Below are positions 9,495-19,274 of a DNA stretch of 64,000 bases, piece by piece. Under the pieces are notes generated by a model. It was not told where the DNA came from. It ran no database searches and saw only the letters and a program-made list of their open reading frames with translations. The position numbers were made by a program, and so were the translations under genes. The stretch's first letter is position 1. Each line of letters begins with the position of its first letter. Origin of the DNA: a virus (Duplodnaviria; Caudoviricetes); the IMG/VR virus record IMGVR_UViG_3300033067_002106, positions 18,836 through 82,835 of that record. One strand, written 5' to 3'.

Positions 9495-10931
9495 ATGTCA
9501 ACATTATTATCTGCTTTGCAGACCAAAGACCGTTTAACTGAAAACGGAATGTCAACCAATTCTTCATCTCTGAACAATTGTGTTAATTTATTTTTCCAAA
9601 TTGGTGCTATGAGAGGTAAAGATAAGCAATTGCTTATCAATGCTTTCGTTAAAGCATATAATGAAGATGCCTTGACAGCTATAAAGTTGTTATTTTGGGC
9701 TCGTGATATCAGAGGTGGTGCCGGAGAAAGAGAAATCTTCAGGAACATAATTAGATATCTTGCAAATACACAGCCAGACTCTTTGGCTAAGAATCTATCA
9801 TTAATACCTGAATATGGTAGATGGGATGACCTATTACAATTAGCTGGTACAAGGCTTGAAAAACAAGCGTTTGAAATCATTAAGAAAGGTCTTAATGATA
9901 ACCATGGATTGTGTGCTAAATGGATGCCACGCCCTAACGTTGGTAACCGAGAAAGAAAAAGACTAGCAAACTCTTTAAGGAAATTCTTAGGTCTTACACC
10001 TAAAGAATACAGAAAACTATTGGTTGAAAAATCCAATACTGTTGAACAATTAATGTGTTCTAAGAATTGGGGCGCAATTGAGTATTCTAAATTGCCATCT
10101 AAGGCTATGTCTGATTATATGAAGGCGTTTAGCAAGAATGACTTGGCCAGATTCCAAGCGTATTTGACTTCACTTGAAAAGGGTGAAACTAAAATCAATG
10201 CCGGTGCAATATACCCATATGATGTAACCAAGAACCTTAAGCATGGTGAGGCAAGAGGTGCTGATGCACAGTGGAATGCGTTACCAAATTATATGGTTGG
10301 TAATACCGAAAGGTTATTACCAGTGGTTGACGTATCAGGTTCTATGAGTAGCAATTCAGCTGGTGGAAGCAAGTCAGTTACATGCATGGATGTATCAATA
10401 TCATTAGGCCTCTATATTTCCGAAAGAAACGAGGGTCCATTTAAGGATGCGTTTGTAACATTTTCAGATTTTCCAGAACTTCAGTATTTGAAGGGTAAGT
10501 TGAGCGAAAGATATGTGCAATTATCCTGTGCAAGCTGGTCCATGTCAACCAATCTTGAATCAGTGTTTAAACTTATTCTTAGTAAGGGTAAGAGTGAAAA
10601 TGTTCCACAGGAACAAATGCCAACAATGATTTTGATTCTATCAGATATGGAGTTTAATTCAGCCACTAGAAGTAATTGGAATCCAACAGCACAAGAAATG
10701 ATAGAAAGCATGTATTTAGAAGCTGGATACAAGATGCCTAAGATTGTTTATTGGAACCTTAATTCTAGAAACCAAAATGTTCCGGTTAAGTTTGATAAGC
10801 AAGATACCGCATTGGTATCAGGGTTTAGCCCATCATTGCTTAAGAGCCTGTTGAGTGGTAAAGACCTCACACCATTGAGCATGATGTATGAAGTTATAAA
10901 TAGTGAGCGATACGCTGCTATTACAGTATAA
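9495..10931 (+). CDS. TROVE-like/VWA protein (DUF2828 family, Ro60-related)
   Basis: LFWARDIRGGAGERE, YGRWDDL, AKWMPR; VWA MIDAS DVSGSM; SDMEF. Confidence 0.85.
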   Translation: MSTLLSALQTKDRLTENGMSTNSSSLNNCVNLFFQIGAMRGKDKQLLINAFVKAYNEDALTAIKLLFWARDIRGGAGEREIFRNIIRYLANTQPDSLAKNLSLIPEYGRWDDLLQLAGTRLEKQAFEIIKKGLNDNHGLCAKWMPRPNVGNRERKRLANSLRKFLGLTPKEYRKLLVEKSNTVEQLMCSKNWGAIEYSKLPSKAMSDYMKAFSKNDLARFQAYLTSLEKGETKINAGAIYPYDVTKNLKHGEARGADAQWNALPNYMVGNTERLLPVVDVSGSMSSNSAGGSKSVTCMDVSISLGLYISERNEGPFKDAFVTFSDFPELQYLKGKLSERYVQLSCASWSMSTNLESVFKLILSKGKSENVPQEQMPTMILILSDMEFNSATRSNWNPTAQEMIESMYLEAGYKMPKIVYWNLNSRNQNVPVKFDKQDTALVSGFSPSLLKSLLSGKDLTPLSMMYEVINSERYAAITV

Positions 10932-10933
10932 AG

Positions 10934-11176
10934 ATACTCTCCTTTGCTGAATTTGCTACTCAGCTGCCTTAAGGAGAATAATTTTGAGTAGCTTGTTTGT
11001 TAAAGATGTTTTCTGCAACCAAAAAAAAATCTAGATATCAATTGCAAACAACGTAGGTCTTTTAGTATTGTTTCTGCCTTTATCGCATTCTGGGGCCAGT
11101 TAATAGGATACCCAATTTGTACCTTACAGAAACAACCTTCATCACTGAGTTCGAAGTAAAAGCTCCCACATCTTGT
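10934..11176 (+). ncRNA. Candidate structured RNA(s) downstream of TROVE gene
   Basis: Helices 10938-44/10971-77, 10955-62/10985-92, 11003-09/11168-74, 11068-76/11127-35. Confidence 0.5.
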
Positions 11177-11195
11177 AAATAAGCGAAAGAATTAA

Positions 11196-11222
11196 GGTCC
11201 GTAGAAATACGGACCTTTTTAT
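11196..11222 (+). terminator. Intrinsic terminator
   Basis: aaggtccgta-gaaa-tacggacctt plus T run. Confidence 0.85.
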
Positions 11223-11278
11223 TTAAACTATTTACACTATCAAAAAAAACCAGTAGACTTACATACTAAATCGAATAT

Positions 11279-11482
11279 ATGTATATATCAGTTAAGACTA
11301 TTGACACACTTAAAAGCACAGTGCATAAGGGGCGACTAATTTCCGAATACATCATTTATGTGATGATTGGAGACGTTGCAATTAAAGCCTATACAGAATA
11401 TGGGTCAAAAGCCTGTGTTGATAGAATTGATGAATTAAAGAAAGAGTATAACATAAATGATGCCTTTTACGAAATAAACTAA
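11279..11482 (+). CDS. Hypothetical protein
   Basis: 67-aa ORF. Confidence 0.55.
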   Translation: MYISVKTIDTLKSTVHKGRLISEYIIYVMIGDVAIKAYTEYGSKACVDRIDELKKEYNINDAFYEIN

Positions 11483-11484
11483 TT

Positions 11485-11784
11485 ATGAACAACAAAACTG
11501 AACACCCACTTGTATTGGTCTTTTATTTGGACCGTTTACTCATGCAAAACACCGAAATAATCAAAACCTTTGGTGAATCAATTAATCATATGATTAATGT
11601 TAAACAATTAAATGCTTTAGCTCTATTTATGCCAACAGACGATGAAGAAAGGGTTGAATGTATTAACCCTGTTATTGCCACAGATGAACAAATGTCTGAA
11701 ATAACAAAACTTATAAGCGATATTAAAAAACAATTCAGTGTCGGAGACGATACATCAAACATTCAATCACCAACCCATGACTAA
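11485..11784 (+). CDS. Hypothetical protein
   Basis: 99-aa ORF. Confidence 0.7.
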   Translation: MNNKTEHPLVLVFYLDRLLMQNTEIIKTFGESINHMINVKQLNALALFMPTDDEERVECINPVIATDEQMSEITKLISDIKKQFSVGDDTSNIQSPTHD

Positions 11785-11965
11785 CGAACAAAAAGCAATT
11801 TATTACGATGAATTACTACGTGAAAGCGATAAGTTACAACGAATTAATTCTAAACTTAAGTCTGAATATGTAACAGATATTCCCCCACATGTTCAGAAAA
11901 TAATAGATGAAAACAATGGTAAGATTGCGTTATTGGTAACTAAATTAGAAAACCTATTACGTTAA
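11777..11965 (+). CDS. Hypothetical protein
   Basis: ATG at 11777 overlapping previous gene end. Confidence 0.65.
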   Translation: MTNEQKAIYYDELLRESDKLQRINSKLKSEYVTDIPPHVQKIIDENNGKIALLVTKLENLLR

Positions 11966-12621
11966 GGTCTGGTTGACCGTCTTCTTATTTTGGTCATCGG
12001 CCATTTGGTGTGTTCATGAATAATTTCATACATTCTACTAACCGTTGCTGGCGTAGCTGTGCCCATAAACATCAGACTTTTTATCTTCTGCTTTTTGGCA
12101 ATCTTATTCAACACATGGTGTAAACGTTGAGCGTCTTCTTTACATTTACACACGACCATATCAAATTGGTCTTCGTTATAAATGACGAGTTTATTATGTA
12201 CAACAATGACTTGTTTTACCATTTTAGCTTTATATGCCCCGGAAACAAGACGCTTAACAACCTCATTTATTGTTGGTCTATTGGCTTTTGAATTTAAACC
12301 AAATATCCAAAATGTCTCCTCTAATTGGTAATCACTTGAAGCCAAAATTGTCCAATCCCCAATAGGTTTTTCAACATATGTCTTCCCATAATCATCCCTT
12401 ATTGTTCTAAATGTATCGGTTGGTTCTGTTGGTTTTATCACACAAATTTTATATTTTACTGGTTTGATTTTCAATGTGTTAACAAATTTTTTTGGAAATT
12501 TGATTTGTTTATTTTTTTCAATAAGATTGTGGTAATTAATAAATGATGTTTCCTTTGTTTTACAGGTGTGTAAGGTTTTTTTATATTTCCCGTTATATGT
12601 TAAAATTACTCTATAAATCAT
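11962..12621 (-). CDS. Hypothetical protein
   Basis: 219-aa ORF. Confidence 0.75.
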   Translation of the reverse strand: MIYRVILTYNGKYKKTLHTCKTKETSFINYHNLIEKNKQIKFPKKFVNTLKIKPVKYKICVIKPTEPTDTFRTIRDDYGKTYVEKPIGDWTILASSDYQLEETFWIFGLNSKANRPTINEVVKRLVSGAYKAKMVKQVIVVHNKLVIYNEDQFDMVVCKCKEDAQRLHHVLNKIAKKQKIKSLMFMGTATPATVSRMYEIIHEHTKWPMTKIRRRSTRP

Positions 12622-12671
12622 TTTTGGTTTTGTTTAATAATTTACGTATATTTGTAGCAAAATAAAGTGAA

Positions 12672-13715
12672 ATGAGTAAAAGAGATTTCTATGATGTTCT
12701 CGGTGTAGCCAAAACCGCAACTCAAGCTGAAATAAAAAAAGCTTACAGGTCATTGGTTAAAACACATCATCCAGATAAGGGAGGTGATGAAACCGCTTTT
12801 AAAGAAATAGCCGAAGCATATGAGGTGTTGTCTGATGAAAAAAAACGCAAAGATTATGATACCTTTGGTCATACCAAACCTTCTCAATTTGGCGGTGGAT
12901 ATGACCCGATGGATGATTTTTTACGAAAAGCGGGTTTTGATACATTTAGAACAGCAAAGCAGCCAGAAATTAAAAAGGGACCAAACCTTCATATGACGGT
13001 TAAACTTACCCTTGAAGAAATATTCAATGGAACAACTAAAAAAATCAAATACAGAAGGAATGTTATGTGCGCAACGTGTTTAGGTAAGGGTGGAACCGGT
13101 GTCAAAGATTGTGGCACATGTTCAGGCCATGGATTTGTCACACAAGTAAGACAAACAAATTTTGGACAGTTCAGACATACAATTAATTGTCCTACTTGTA
13201 ACGGTGAAGGTTCATCATATGAAACAGAGTGTAATACATGTAAGGGCCATGGTGTTAATCTGGAAGAAGACATCAATGAAATTAGCATTCCACATGGTGT
13301 TCTTGATAATATGACAATGTTTTTAGAAGGAAAGGGCCATGCGATTAAAAACGGTATCTCTGGGGATATGCTTATTACAATAATGGAGCTTCCACATGAT
13401 TTATATGTAAGAAACGGTAATGACCTTCGATTTAATCTTAAGCTGACATACCCTCAATTAATTCTTGGTGATAAAGTCGAGATACCAACAATTGAAGGAA
13501 CAAAAATAAGAGTAAATATTGCTGAATATACAAAGGTTGGGGAGACATTAAGAGTTTTGGGAAAGGGAATGAAGGTAATGGAAACAGAAAGTAGGGGTGA
13601 CTTGTTATTGGTTACAGATTTAAAGGTCCCTGAGAAATTAACAGCCAATGAATTGAACCTTATCAAAGAATTAAAAAAACTTGAGACCAAAGTTGCAACT
13701 CAAGAAAGTAATTAG
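12672..13715 (+). CDS. dnaJ: Chaperone DnaJ
   Basis: J domain with HPD; four CxxCxGxG repeats; C-terminal domain. Confidence 0.95.
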   Translation: MSKRDFYDVLGVAKTATQAEIKKAYRSLVKTHHPDKGGDETAFKEIAEAYEVLSDEKKRKDYDTFGHTKPSQFGGGYDPMDDFLRKAGFDTFRTAKQPEIKKGPNLHMTVKLTLEEIFNGTTKKIKYRRNVMCATCLGKGGTGVKDCGTCSGHGFVTQVRQTNFGQFRHTINCPTCNGEGSSYETECNTCKGHGVNLEEDINEISIPHGVLDNMTMFLEGKGHAIKNGISGDMLITIMELPHDLYVRNGNDLRFNLKLTYPQLILGDKVEIPTIEGTKIRVNIAEYTKVGETLRVLGKGMKVMETESRGDLLLVTDLKVPEKLTANELNLIKELKKLETKVATQESN

Positions 13716-13743
13716 TATATTTGCAGTATAAAAATCCGTAACC

Positions 13744-14169
13744 ATGGCAAAATTCGAAGAAGTTTTTGAGGACACACAGGCCTTATTCACAAATTTTATC
13801 TCAGACATAGACAATTTAAGAGAGGTAAATATTAAAATCCTTGCAAGTAAAAATCTTAAAGAAATAGGCAAGGTGGTCAAAGCAAATGATTTGCTTAAAT
13901 TTATGACCAAAGAAGATATCATCATCCTTTTAAATGAAACAATTTTTGAACAACTTGATGATGAACAAAAAATGATGGTTGTTGAAGAATTACTTGCTGC
14001 AATATACTTTGATGCTGAAAAAAGCAAGGTTAGTATCATTAAGCCAGACATCAATACATTCTCATTATTGCTTCGCAAATATGGGTATGAAAAGTATGAA
14101 ACCTTACACGAATCAGTTAAGGCACTTTTTGCACAAGCAGATGAAGAAGCAGCTGAAAACAATCTGTAA
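13744..14169 (+). CDS. Phage metallopeptidase-like protein (HE motif apparently degenerate)
   Basis: DIIILLNE...EELLAAI...IIKPDINTF pattern. Confidence 0.45.
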   Translation: MAKFEEVFEDTQALFTNFISDIDNLREVNIKILASKNLKEIGKVVKANDLLKFMTKEDIIILLNETIFEQLDDEQKMMVVEELLAAIYFDAEKSKVSIIKPDINTFSLLLRKYGYEKYETLHESVKALFAQADEEAAENNL

Positions 14170-14420
14170 TGACACCAAGTGAAGTAGCAGAGTTTAATCC
14201 AGAAGCGTATATATGCGATGGATTTGATGAAGCTTTGATAGGAATTGCCGAACGAATAAATCTCGGCCCAGTTGCGGCATATTCCGTTGAAAAAATTATT
14301 GATATTCTTGTTTTGAGAGATGGAATGTCATACGATGATGCAAGAGAATATTTTGAGTTTAATATTCTAGATGCTTGGGTTGGAGAAAACACACCAGTAT
14401 TTATTACAATGACAACATAG
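14169..14420 (+). CDS. Conserved phage hypothetical protein
   Basis: DGFDEALIG...EYFEFNI..AWVGENTP. Confidence 0.75.
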   Translation: MTPSEVAEFNPEAYICDGFDEALIGIAERINLGPVAAYSVEKIIDILVLRDGMSYDDAREYFEFNILDAWVGENTPVFITMTT

Positions 14421-14423
14421 TGT

Positions 14424-14636
14424 ATGTTAAGATTATTTAACTTCTTTAAGAAGAAGAAACAACCAAAAAATGAACCAATAATTCATGTTATTGGCGGAAA
14501 AGAATGTCCGATTTGCGGAGAATATGGACTTTTTAGTTATCACACAAAAGAAAAGGGCAAATATTATTTTTGTGAAGACTGTTTTAGAGAAATATCCAAC
14601 GCACAGTTTGAAAAATTAAAAAAAGAAAAGAAGTAA
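14424..14636 (+). CDS. Small zinc-finger protein
   Basis: CPIC...CEDC. Confidence 0.65.
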   Translation: MLRLFNFFKKKKQPKNEPIIHVIGGKECPICGEYGLFSYHTKEKGKYYFCEDCFREISNAQFEKLKKEKK

Positions 14637-14637
14637 T

Positions 14638-15348
14638 ATGGACCAGTACAACGAATTTAAAGATTATGCTGTAAAACACATGGGAATTTCATCATTAAAT
14701 TTTCATTATTGGGAACAAACTCAAAACAGACTTTATGGACCAAGTTCATCATTAACACCATATATTCTTGAAGAAAGAGAAATGCGTGTTACTCAAATGG
14801 ATATCTTTTCAAGAATGATGATGGACCGTATCATTTGGTTGGCTGGCCCAGTTAATGATATGATGAGTACTGTTGTTCAAGCTCAGCTTATGTTCTTGGA
14901 TAACTTAGAGGTTAAAGATATTACAATGCATGTTGATACACCGGGAGGTTCTGTTAAATCTGGTCTTTCAATGGTTGATGTAATGGATTATATTTCTTCA
15001 GATGTTATGACAATCAATACCGGTATGGCGGCTTCAATGGGTTCCATTCTTTTAGGTGCTGGTACAAAGGGAAAACGTTATAGCCTTCGCTTTAGTAAAG
15101 TGATGTTACATCAGGTTAGCAGTGGTGCAGAAGGCAATATTCAAGATATCAGAATTACACTTCAAGAAAGTGAAAAATATAACGAAATTCTTTTCGGGTT
15201 GTTGGGGAAATACACCAACAAAGACCCAAAACAAGTTCTAGACGATGCCAAACGTGATATGTGGTTAACAGCTGAAGAAGCAGTTAATTACGGAATTATT
15301 GATGGTATTGTACATAATAAAGTAAAAGTAAAACCAAAAATTCTATGA
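14638..15348 (+). CDS. clpP: ATP-dependent Clp protease proteolytic subunit
   Basis: DIFSRMMMDRII, TPGGSV, AASMGS, VMLHQ, RDMWLTAEEAVNYGIID. Confidence 0.95.
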   Translation: MDQYNEFKDYAVKHMGISSLNFHYWEQTQNRLYGPSSSLTPYILEEREMRVTQMDIFSRMMMDRIIWLAGPVNDMMSTVVQAQLMFLDNLEVKDITMHVDTPGGSVKSGLSMVDVMDYISSDVMTINTGMAASMGSILLGAGTKGKRYSLRFSKVMLHQVSSGAEGNIQDIRITLQESEKYNEILFGLLGKYTNKDPKQVLDDAKRDMWLTAEEAVNYGIIDGIVHNKVKVKPKIL

Positions 15349-15659
15349 ATTATTCAGAAAATGTAGGAAGACCTGTCTATTTGGGTGAAGAAAAAGCACC
15401 AAGTGGATTAGGAGTACCTAGAAACGATGAGGCCAGATTAGCAGACCAAACGCCAATTGCGACAGCAGAGATTAATTTACGACCAGTTAATATTGAACCA
15501 TTAAATTCTGGTTATGTGGTAAGGGTTGGGTGCCAAACAATAGCAGTTGAAACAACCGAAAAACTATTGGTATATCTCGGTGAGTACCTTAAAGACCCAG
15601 TCAAATTTCAAGCAAAATGGTTTTCTATCACGGATAGAAATAAATTGAATTTTATGTAA
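15345..15659 (+). CDS. Hypothetical protein
   Basis: 104-aa ORF, ATGA overlap. Confidence 0.7.
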   Translation: MNYSENVGRPVYLGEEKAPSGLGVPRNDEARLADQTPIATAEINLRPVNIEPLNSGYVVRVGCQTIAVETTEKLLVYLGEYLKDPVKFQAKWFSITDRNKLNFM

Positions 15660-15747
15660 TGTTTTTTATTAAAAATTGTATATTTATTCGAAATGTAGTA
15701 TATTTGTGCTACATTTCGGATACTTATATTAATAGTTCTTTTTTTAT

Positions 15748-16101
15748 GGGGGATTTACGGTATTGACTAGGTATAGTCGTAAATTGTAAGCATGTGGTGC
15801 TAAATGGATGCACCATAATCTGTCTATTAAAACACAAACGACAACGATTTTATCGTTTCAGAAAATTTCCTTGATGAAGCTGTTTACAGCTTCGCTGGAG
15901 AGCTTGCTGTAGCCTAATATAGCGATGGTGGTAAACCACCAAAAACATCTTTTTAGAGTGAGGATGTAAAAGAAACTCTGGGTTCATTTGGTTTCCAACA
16001 TTAAAACCAAAATATTTAGAAGGATTAGAAAATCCTGTTCTAAACATGTAGAAAGCTTTTGAAGAATACTTAACACAGCGGTTCGATTCCGCTATCCTCC
16101 A
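15748..16101 (+). ncRNA. ssrA: tmRNA; predicted tag (A)TNDNDFIVSENFLDEAVYSFAGELAVA at 15834-15917
   Basis: GGGGGAU...UUGAC 5' end; T arm gcgg-ttcgatt-ccgc; acceptor with G3-U; tag ORF ending LAVA-stop. Confidence 0.92.
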
Positions 16102-16148
16102 CGTTACTTTTTTGTACCTAGCACATATTTATATAGAAATGTATAGAT

Positions 16149-16763
16149 ATGCCTAGAAAACAAAAAACAATTCACTACCTTTATAAAACCACATGCTTGG
16201 TCACTGGTAGATATTATATCGGAATGCATAGTACATCTAACCTTGAAGATGGTTATTTAGGGAGTGGAAAAGTAATAAGACGTTCAATTCGGAAATATGG
16301 ACCGGAAAACCATAAAAAAGAGATATTAGAGTTCTTTGAGAGTAGAGAGTTATTAATTGAGGCTGAGAAGATGGTAATAACACCGGAGATGGTAGTTGAT
16401 AAAATGTGTATGAATTTGATACATGGAGGTATTGGTTGGATGTTATCCCATAACAAAGCCTTTAGCGAAAAACTTAAATTGGATGAAGAATTCAGATTAG
16501 ATTTTTCAAATAAAATATCAAATGCTCGGAAACGAGAATTAAAATTTAATCTTCGCCCAAACTTTAATTGTGATTGGACGGGTAAGAAACATTTAGAATC
16601 AACAATTATAAAGATGCGTGAAAAAAAACTTGGTACTGGAGTAAAAGAAGCAAATTCAAAATATGGAACTTGTTGGATTACGAATGGTGTTGAAAATAAA
16701 AAAATCAACTTAGTCGACCTTGATAACTATTCTAATTCAGAATGGTTTAGAGGTAGAACATAA
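16149..16763 (+). mobile_element. GIY-YIG homing endonuclease (MPRK family, copy 1)
   Basis: YLYKTT...YYIGMHST.NLEDGYLGSG; C-terminal basic DNA-binding motifs. Confidence 0.85.
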
Positions 16764-16823
16764 ACTCTCTTATCAAGATTCCAACCATTAACCACCTTAG
16801 GATTGGAACTAACGGCCCTCAGC

Positions 16824-16860
16824 AAATCGCTTTGTTGGGGGCTTAACTTTTTAAAAAAAA
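16824..16860 (+). terminator. Probable intrinsic terminator
   Basis: gccctcagcaa-atcgct-ttgttgggggc followed by T run. Confidence 0.6.
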
Positions 16861-16898
16861 ACGGAGCCGTGGCCCCGTTGATAATTTGTATAACTAAT

Positions 16899-17021
16899 TT
16901 ACTTACTTGGTCTTACTGTTGGTATAGTAACAGTTGTTTGAGTTGTTTGAGTAGTGTTAGTATTGGTAGTGGTAGTAGCGGGTGTTGCCGCTGTTGTACC
17001 CTTTTTGCATCCGCACCCCAT
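16899..17021 (-). CDS. 40-aa Thr-rich peptide MGCGCKKGTT...
   Basis: Not in ORF track; ATG at 17021, TAA at 16899; ATATTTAT motif upstream on minus strand. Confidence 0.6.
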   Translation of the reverse strand: MGCGCKKGTTAATPATTTTNTNTTQTTQTTVTIPTVRPSK

Positions 17022-17118
17022 AGGTTAAATTTTAATTTGATGTTATTATACTAATAAATATATCTGGAATCTTTATCTTTATCATAATTTTGATATATTG
17101 TAAGAAATTTACAATAAG

Positions 17119-17343
17119 ATGTTCAAAAGAAAATATTCAATAACAATTCTTGATGATAAATGGGAAAAATTAGTTCTTAATTATAATTTCACCCATATAC
17201 CAAGACGTGATGAGTTGATATTTTTGGATTCAATCGGGAAATATTATAAGGTTTTAAACGTTATTCATTATCTCACCAAAAAACAAGGTATTTTCATCAT
17301 TGTCAAGGAGTTCGAACATGAATTTCATCTAAACCCAAAATAA
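17119..17343 (+). CDS. Hypothetical protein
   Basis: 74-aa ORF. Confidence 0.65.
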   Translation: MFKRKYSITILDDKWEKLVLNYNFTHIPRRDELIFLDSIGKYYKVLNVIHYLTKKQGIFIIVKEFEHEFHLNPK

Positions 17344-17404
17344 TTTTGAAAAAAAAATCAAAAAAACTTGACACGAGCCAATTCTTTTCGTATCTTTGCA
17401 TATA

Positions 17405-17620
17405 TTTACTAAAAAGCTCTTAATTTACTGATACCCAAAAAAGTGGTTACGGCAACGTAAACAAAAACAATAAATGCTAAAGTAGGTATACCATCCTACT
17501 TGCTAGCCTTTTGCTAGTAAACAAAAAATGGTACTGTTATGGTGGCAGTATAAAATCAGCCCTTGTATCTGTTAGTCAAGTAAAATAAAGGCAAACCATC
17601 ACTTTGGGGTAACTTTTTAA
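17405..17620 (+). promoter_or_regulatory. Structured leader with amber-containing uORF (17474-17620; TAG at codons 4, 11, 34)
   Basis: Follows TTGACA/TAnnTTTG promoter; long-range helix about 17430-47/17594-611; internal hairpins. Confidence 0.45.
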
Positions 17621-17621
17621 A

Positions 17622-17680
17622 GGAATCATTACAGCAAATAAAATATTCTTGACTCAAAATTAAGACCAAAAAATGATTCC
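17622..17680 (+). ncRNA. CAGCAA-motif hairpin carrying an anticodon-arm mimic (CAA loop)
   Basis: ggaatcat/atgattcc stem; tacagcaa; tcttga-ctcaaaa-ttaaga. Confidence 0.45.
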
Positions 17681-17686
17681 GTATTT

Positions 17687-17752
17687 GCGTCCTTGGTGTA
17701 AGATAACACGGCTCCGCTGAGGAGTTAATCCAGTATCGAGTCTGGGGACGCA
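17687..17752 (+). pseudogene. Degenerate tRNA-like element
   Basis: gcgtcct/gggacgc acceptor; D arm present; 5-nt anticodon loop; 8-nt T loop. Confidence 0.55.
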
Positions 17753-17759
17753 CAAATAT

Positions 17760-17831
17760 TGCGAGGTAGAGCAGTAGTAGCTCGTGTGGCTCATAACCAT
17801 AAGGTCGGGGGTGCAAATCCCTCCCTCGCAA
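17760..17831 (+). tRNA. tRNA-Met(CAT), initiator-like
   Basis: Cloverleaf; ctCATaa loop; fMet-like D and T arms. Confidence 0.9.
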
Positions 17832-17886
17832 CATCATCAAAATAACGTCAGCGGAATTGGACTGCTGTTTATTATTGATAAAAAAT

Positions 17887-17970
17887 CGTGGGATGGTGTA
17901 ACGGCAACATGCTAGGCTCATAACCTAGAGACATCAAATGCAAGTGTAGGTTCGAGTCCTACTCCCGCAA
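17887..17970 (+). tRNA. tRNA-fMet(CAT) with long variable region
   Basis: C1:A72 mismatch; ctCATaa; 17-nt variable region. Confidence 0.85.
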
Positions 17971-18016
17971 CAAAGCAAAGGCCCTTAGGGGCCGTTTGCA
18001 TTTAAAAAAGAAATAT

Positions 18017-18697
18017 ATGAAAAAGAACATTACCCTAGAAATCAGAGATGCTGAAGGTGGCTCTGATGCAAAACTTCTGGTCTGTGATATGAGAGACATC
18101 TATATCAGAGCAGCAAAGAATAACGACTTCAACTGAAGGGTTCTCGAAGAACGAGATGGGTTTGTCAATATCTGACTCTCAGGCCCAAATGTCGAAAAAT
18201 TTTATCAAAACGAAATAGGTTCTCACAGGTGGCAAAGAGTTCCACCAACCGAAAAACGTGGTAGGGTTCATACCAGTACCATTACCGTTGCATTGCTTGA
18301 ACTTACCAATTATCAAAATATTGAGGTACCACAAAATGAACTTAAGGTTGAAACAACCAGAGGTACAGGTAATGGTGGACAACATAAAAATTCTACTGAT
18401 TCGTGTGTTGTAATGACCCATATACCAACAGGTATAAAGGTTGTGAGAGATGGTAGAAGTCAACTTACAAATAGGGAAGATGCATATAAAGAGATAAATC
18501 GTAGAGTAAATGAATATTATCGTACTGGTCAAATGTGTGAAGAATCTGAAATTCGAAAAGAACAAATCGGTGACGGTGCTAGAAGTGATAAACGAAGAAC
18601 CTATCGTGTTAGGGATGGAATAGTCGTAGACCACATTACAAATAAAATTGCAACAATAAAAGAAATTTTAAAGGGTAAGATTAATTTATTGTCATAA
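18017..18697 (+). CDS. RF1-like peptide chain release factor lacking domain 1, with two in-frame TGA (18134, 18173)
   Basis: One frame: LEIRDAEGG..., HRWQRVPPTEKRGRVHTSTITVA (PxT), GGQ, RRTY. Confidence 0.85.
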
Positions 18698-18732
18698 TCA
18701 AAAATTTTTCGTATCTTTGTTTAAAATATTTT

Positions 18733-19239
18733 ATGCAAAATGAGATTCGTCTTCTTATAATCGGACCAGCCAGACATGGTAAAGACACATTGGCGGAAAC
18801 AATGCGTGATAATTTTGGACTTAACTTTAAATCATCATCACAAGCTTGTTCAGATATCTTTATTTTTAATGAATTAAAAGATAAGTATGGTTATACAACA
18901 CCAGAAGAATGTTTTGAAGATAGATTGAATCATAGAGCTGAGTGGTATCAATTGATTTGTGGTTATAACGTAGATGATAAAGCCAGATTAGCCAAAGAAA
19001 TATTGAAAGATAACAACACATATGTTGGTATGAGAGATAAGGATGAAATCAAAGAATGTATGAATCAGAAATTATTTGATTTGATTATCTGGGTAGATGC
19101 CGAAGGAAGACTTCCAAACGAATCCTCGGAGTCATTTAATATCACCAAGGACCTTGCCGATATTATTATTGAAAATAATGGTACACCAGAAGAGTTTAAT
19201 AAAAAAATTATCAGATTGGGTAAATTTTTAAAAAAATAA
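18733..19239 (+). CDS. P-loop nucleotide kinase (dNMP kinase-like)
   Basis: GPARHGKDT P-loop. Confidence 0.65.
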   Translation: MQNEIRLLIIGPARHGKDTLAETMRDNFGLNFKSSSQACSDIFIFNELKDKYGYTTPEECFEDRLNHRAEWYQLICGYNVDDKARLAKEILKDNNTYVGMRDKDEIKECMNQKLFDLIIWVDAEGRLPNESSESFNITKDLADIIIENNGTPEEFNKKIIRLGKFLKK

Positions 19240-19274
19240 TTGACTTTTTTAGAAAATCTTAGTATATTTGTTCC

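Noticed and set aside
10934-10995. HDV-like (theta), twister or pistol ribozyme
   Set aside because: A pseudoknot is possible, but the catalytic consensus of these families could not be matched by eye.
17556-17921. ORFs overlapping tRNA clusters (also 28990-29274, 29995-30345, 30510-30740, 32849-33049, 33476-33729, 58194-58509, 60213-60551)
   Set aside because: Antisense or out-of-frame read-through of RNA genes with no protein-like features.
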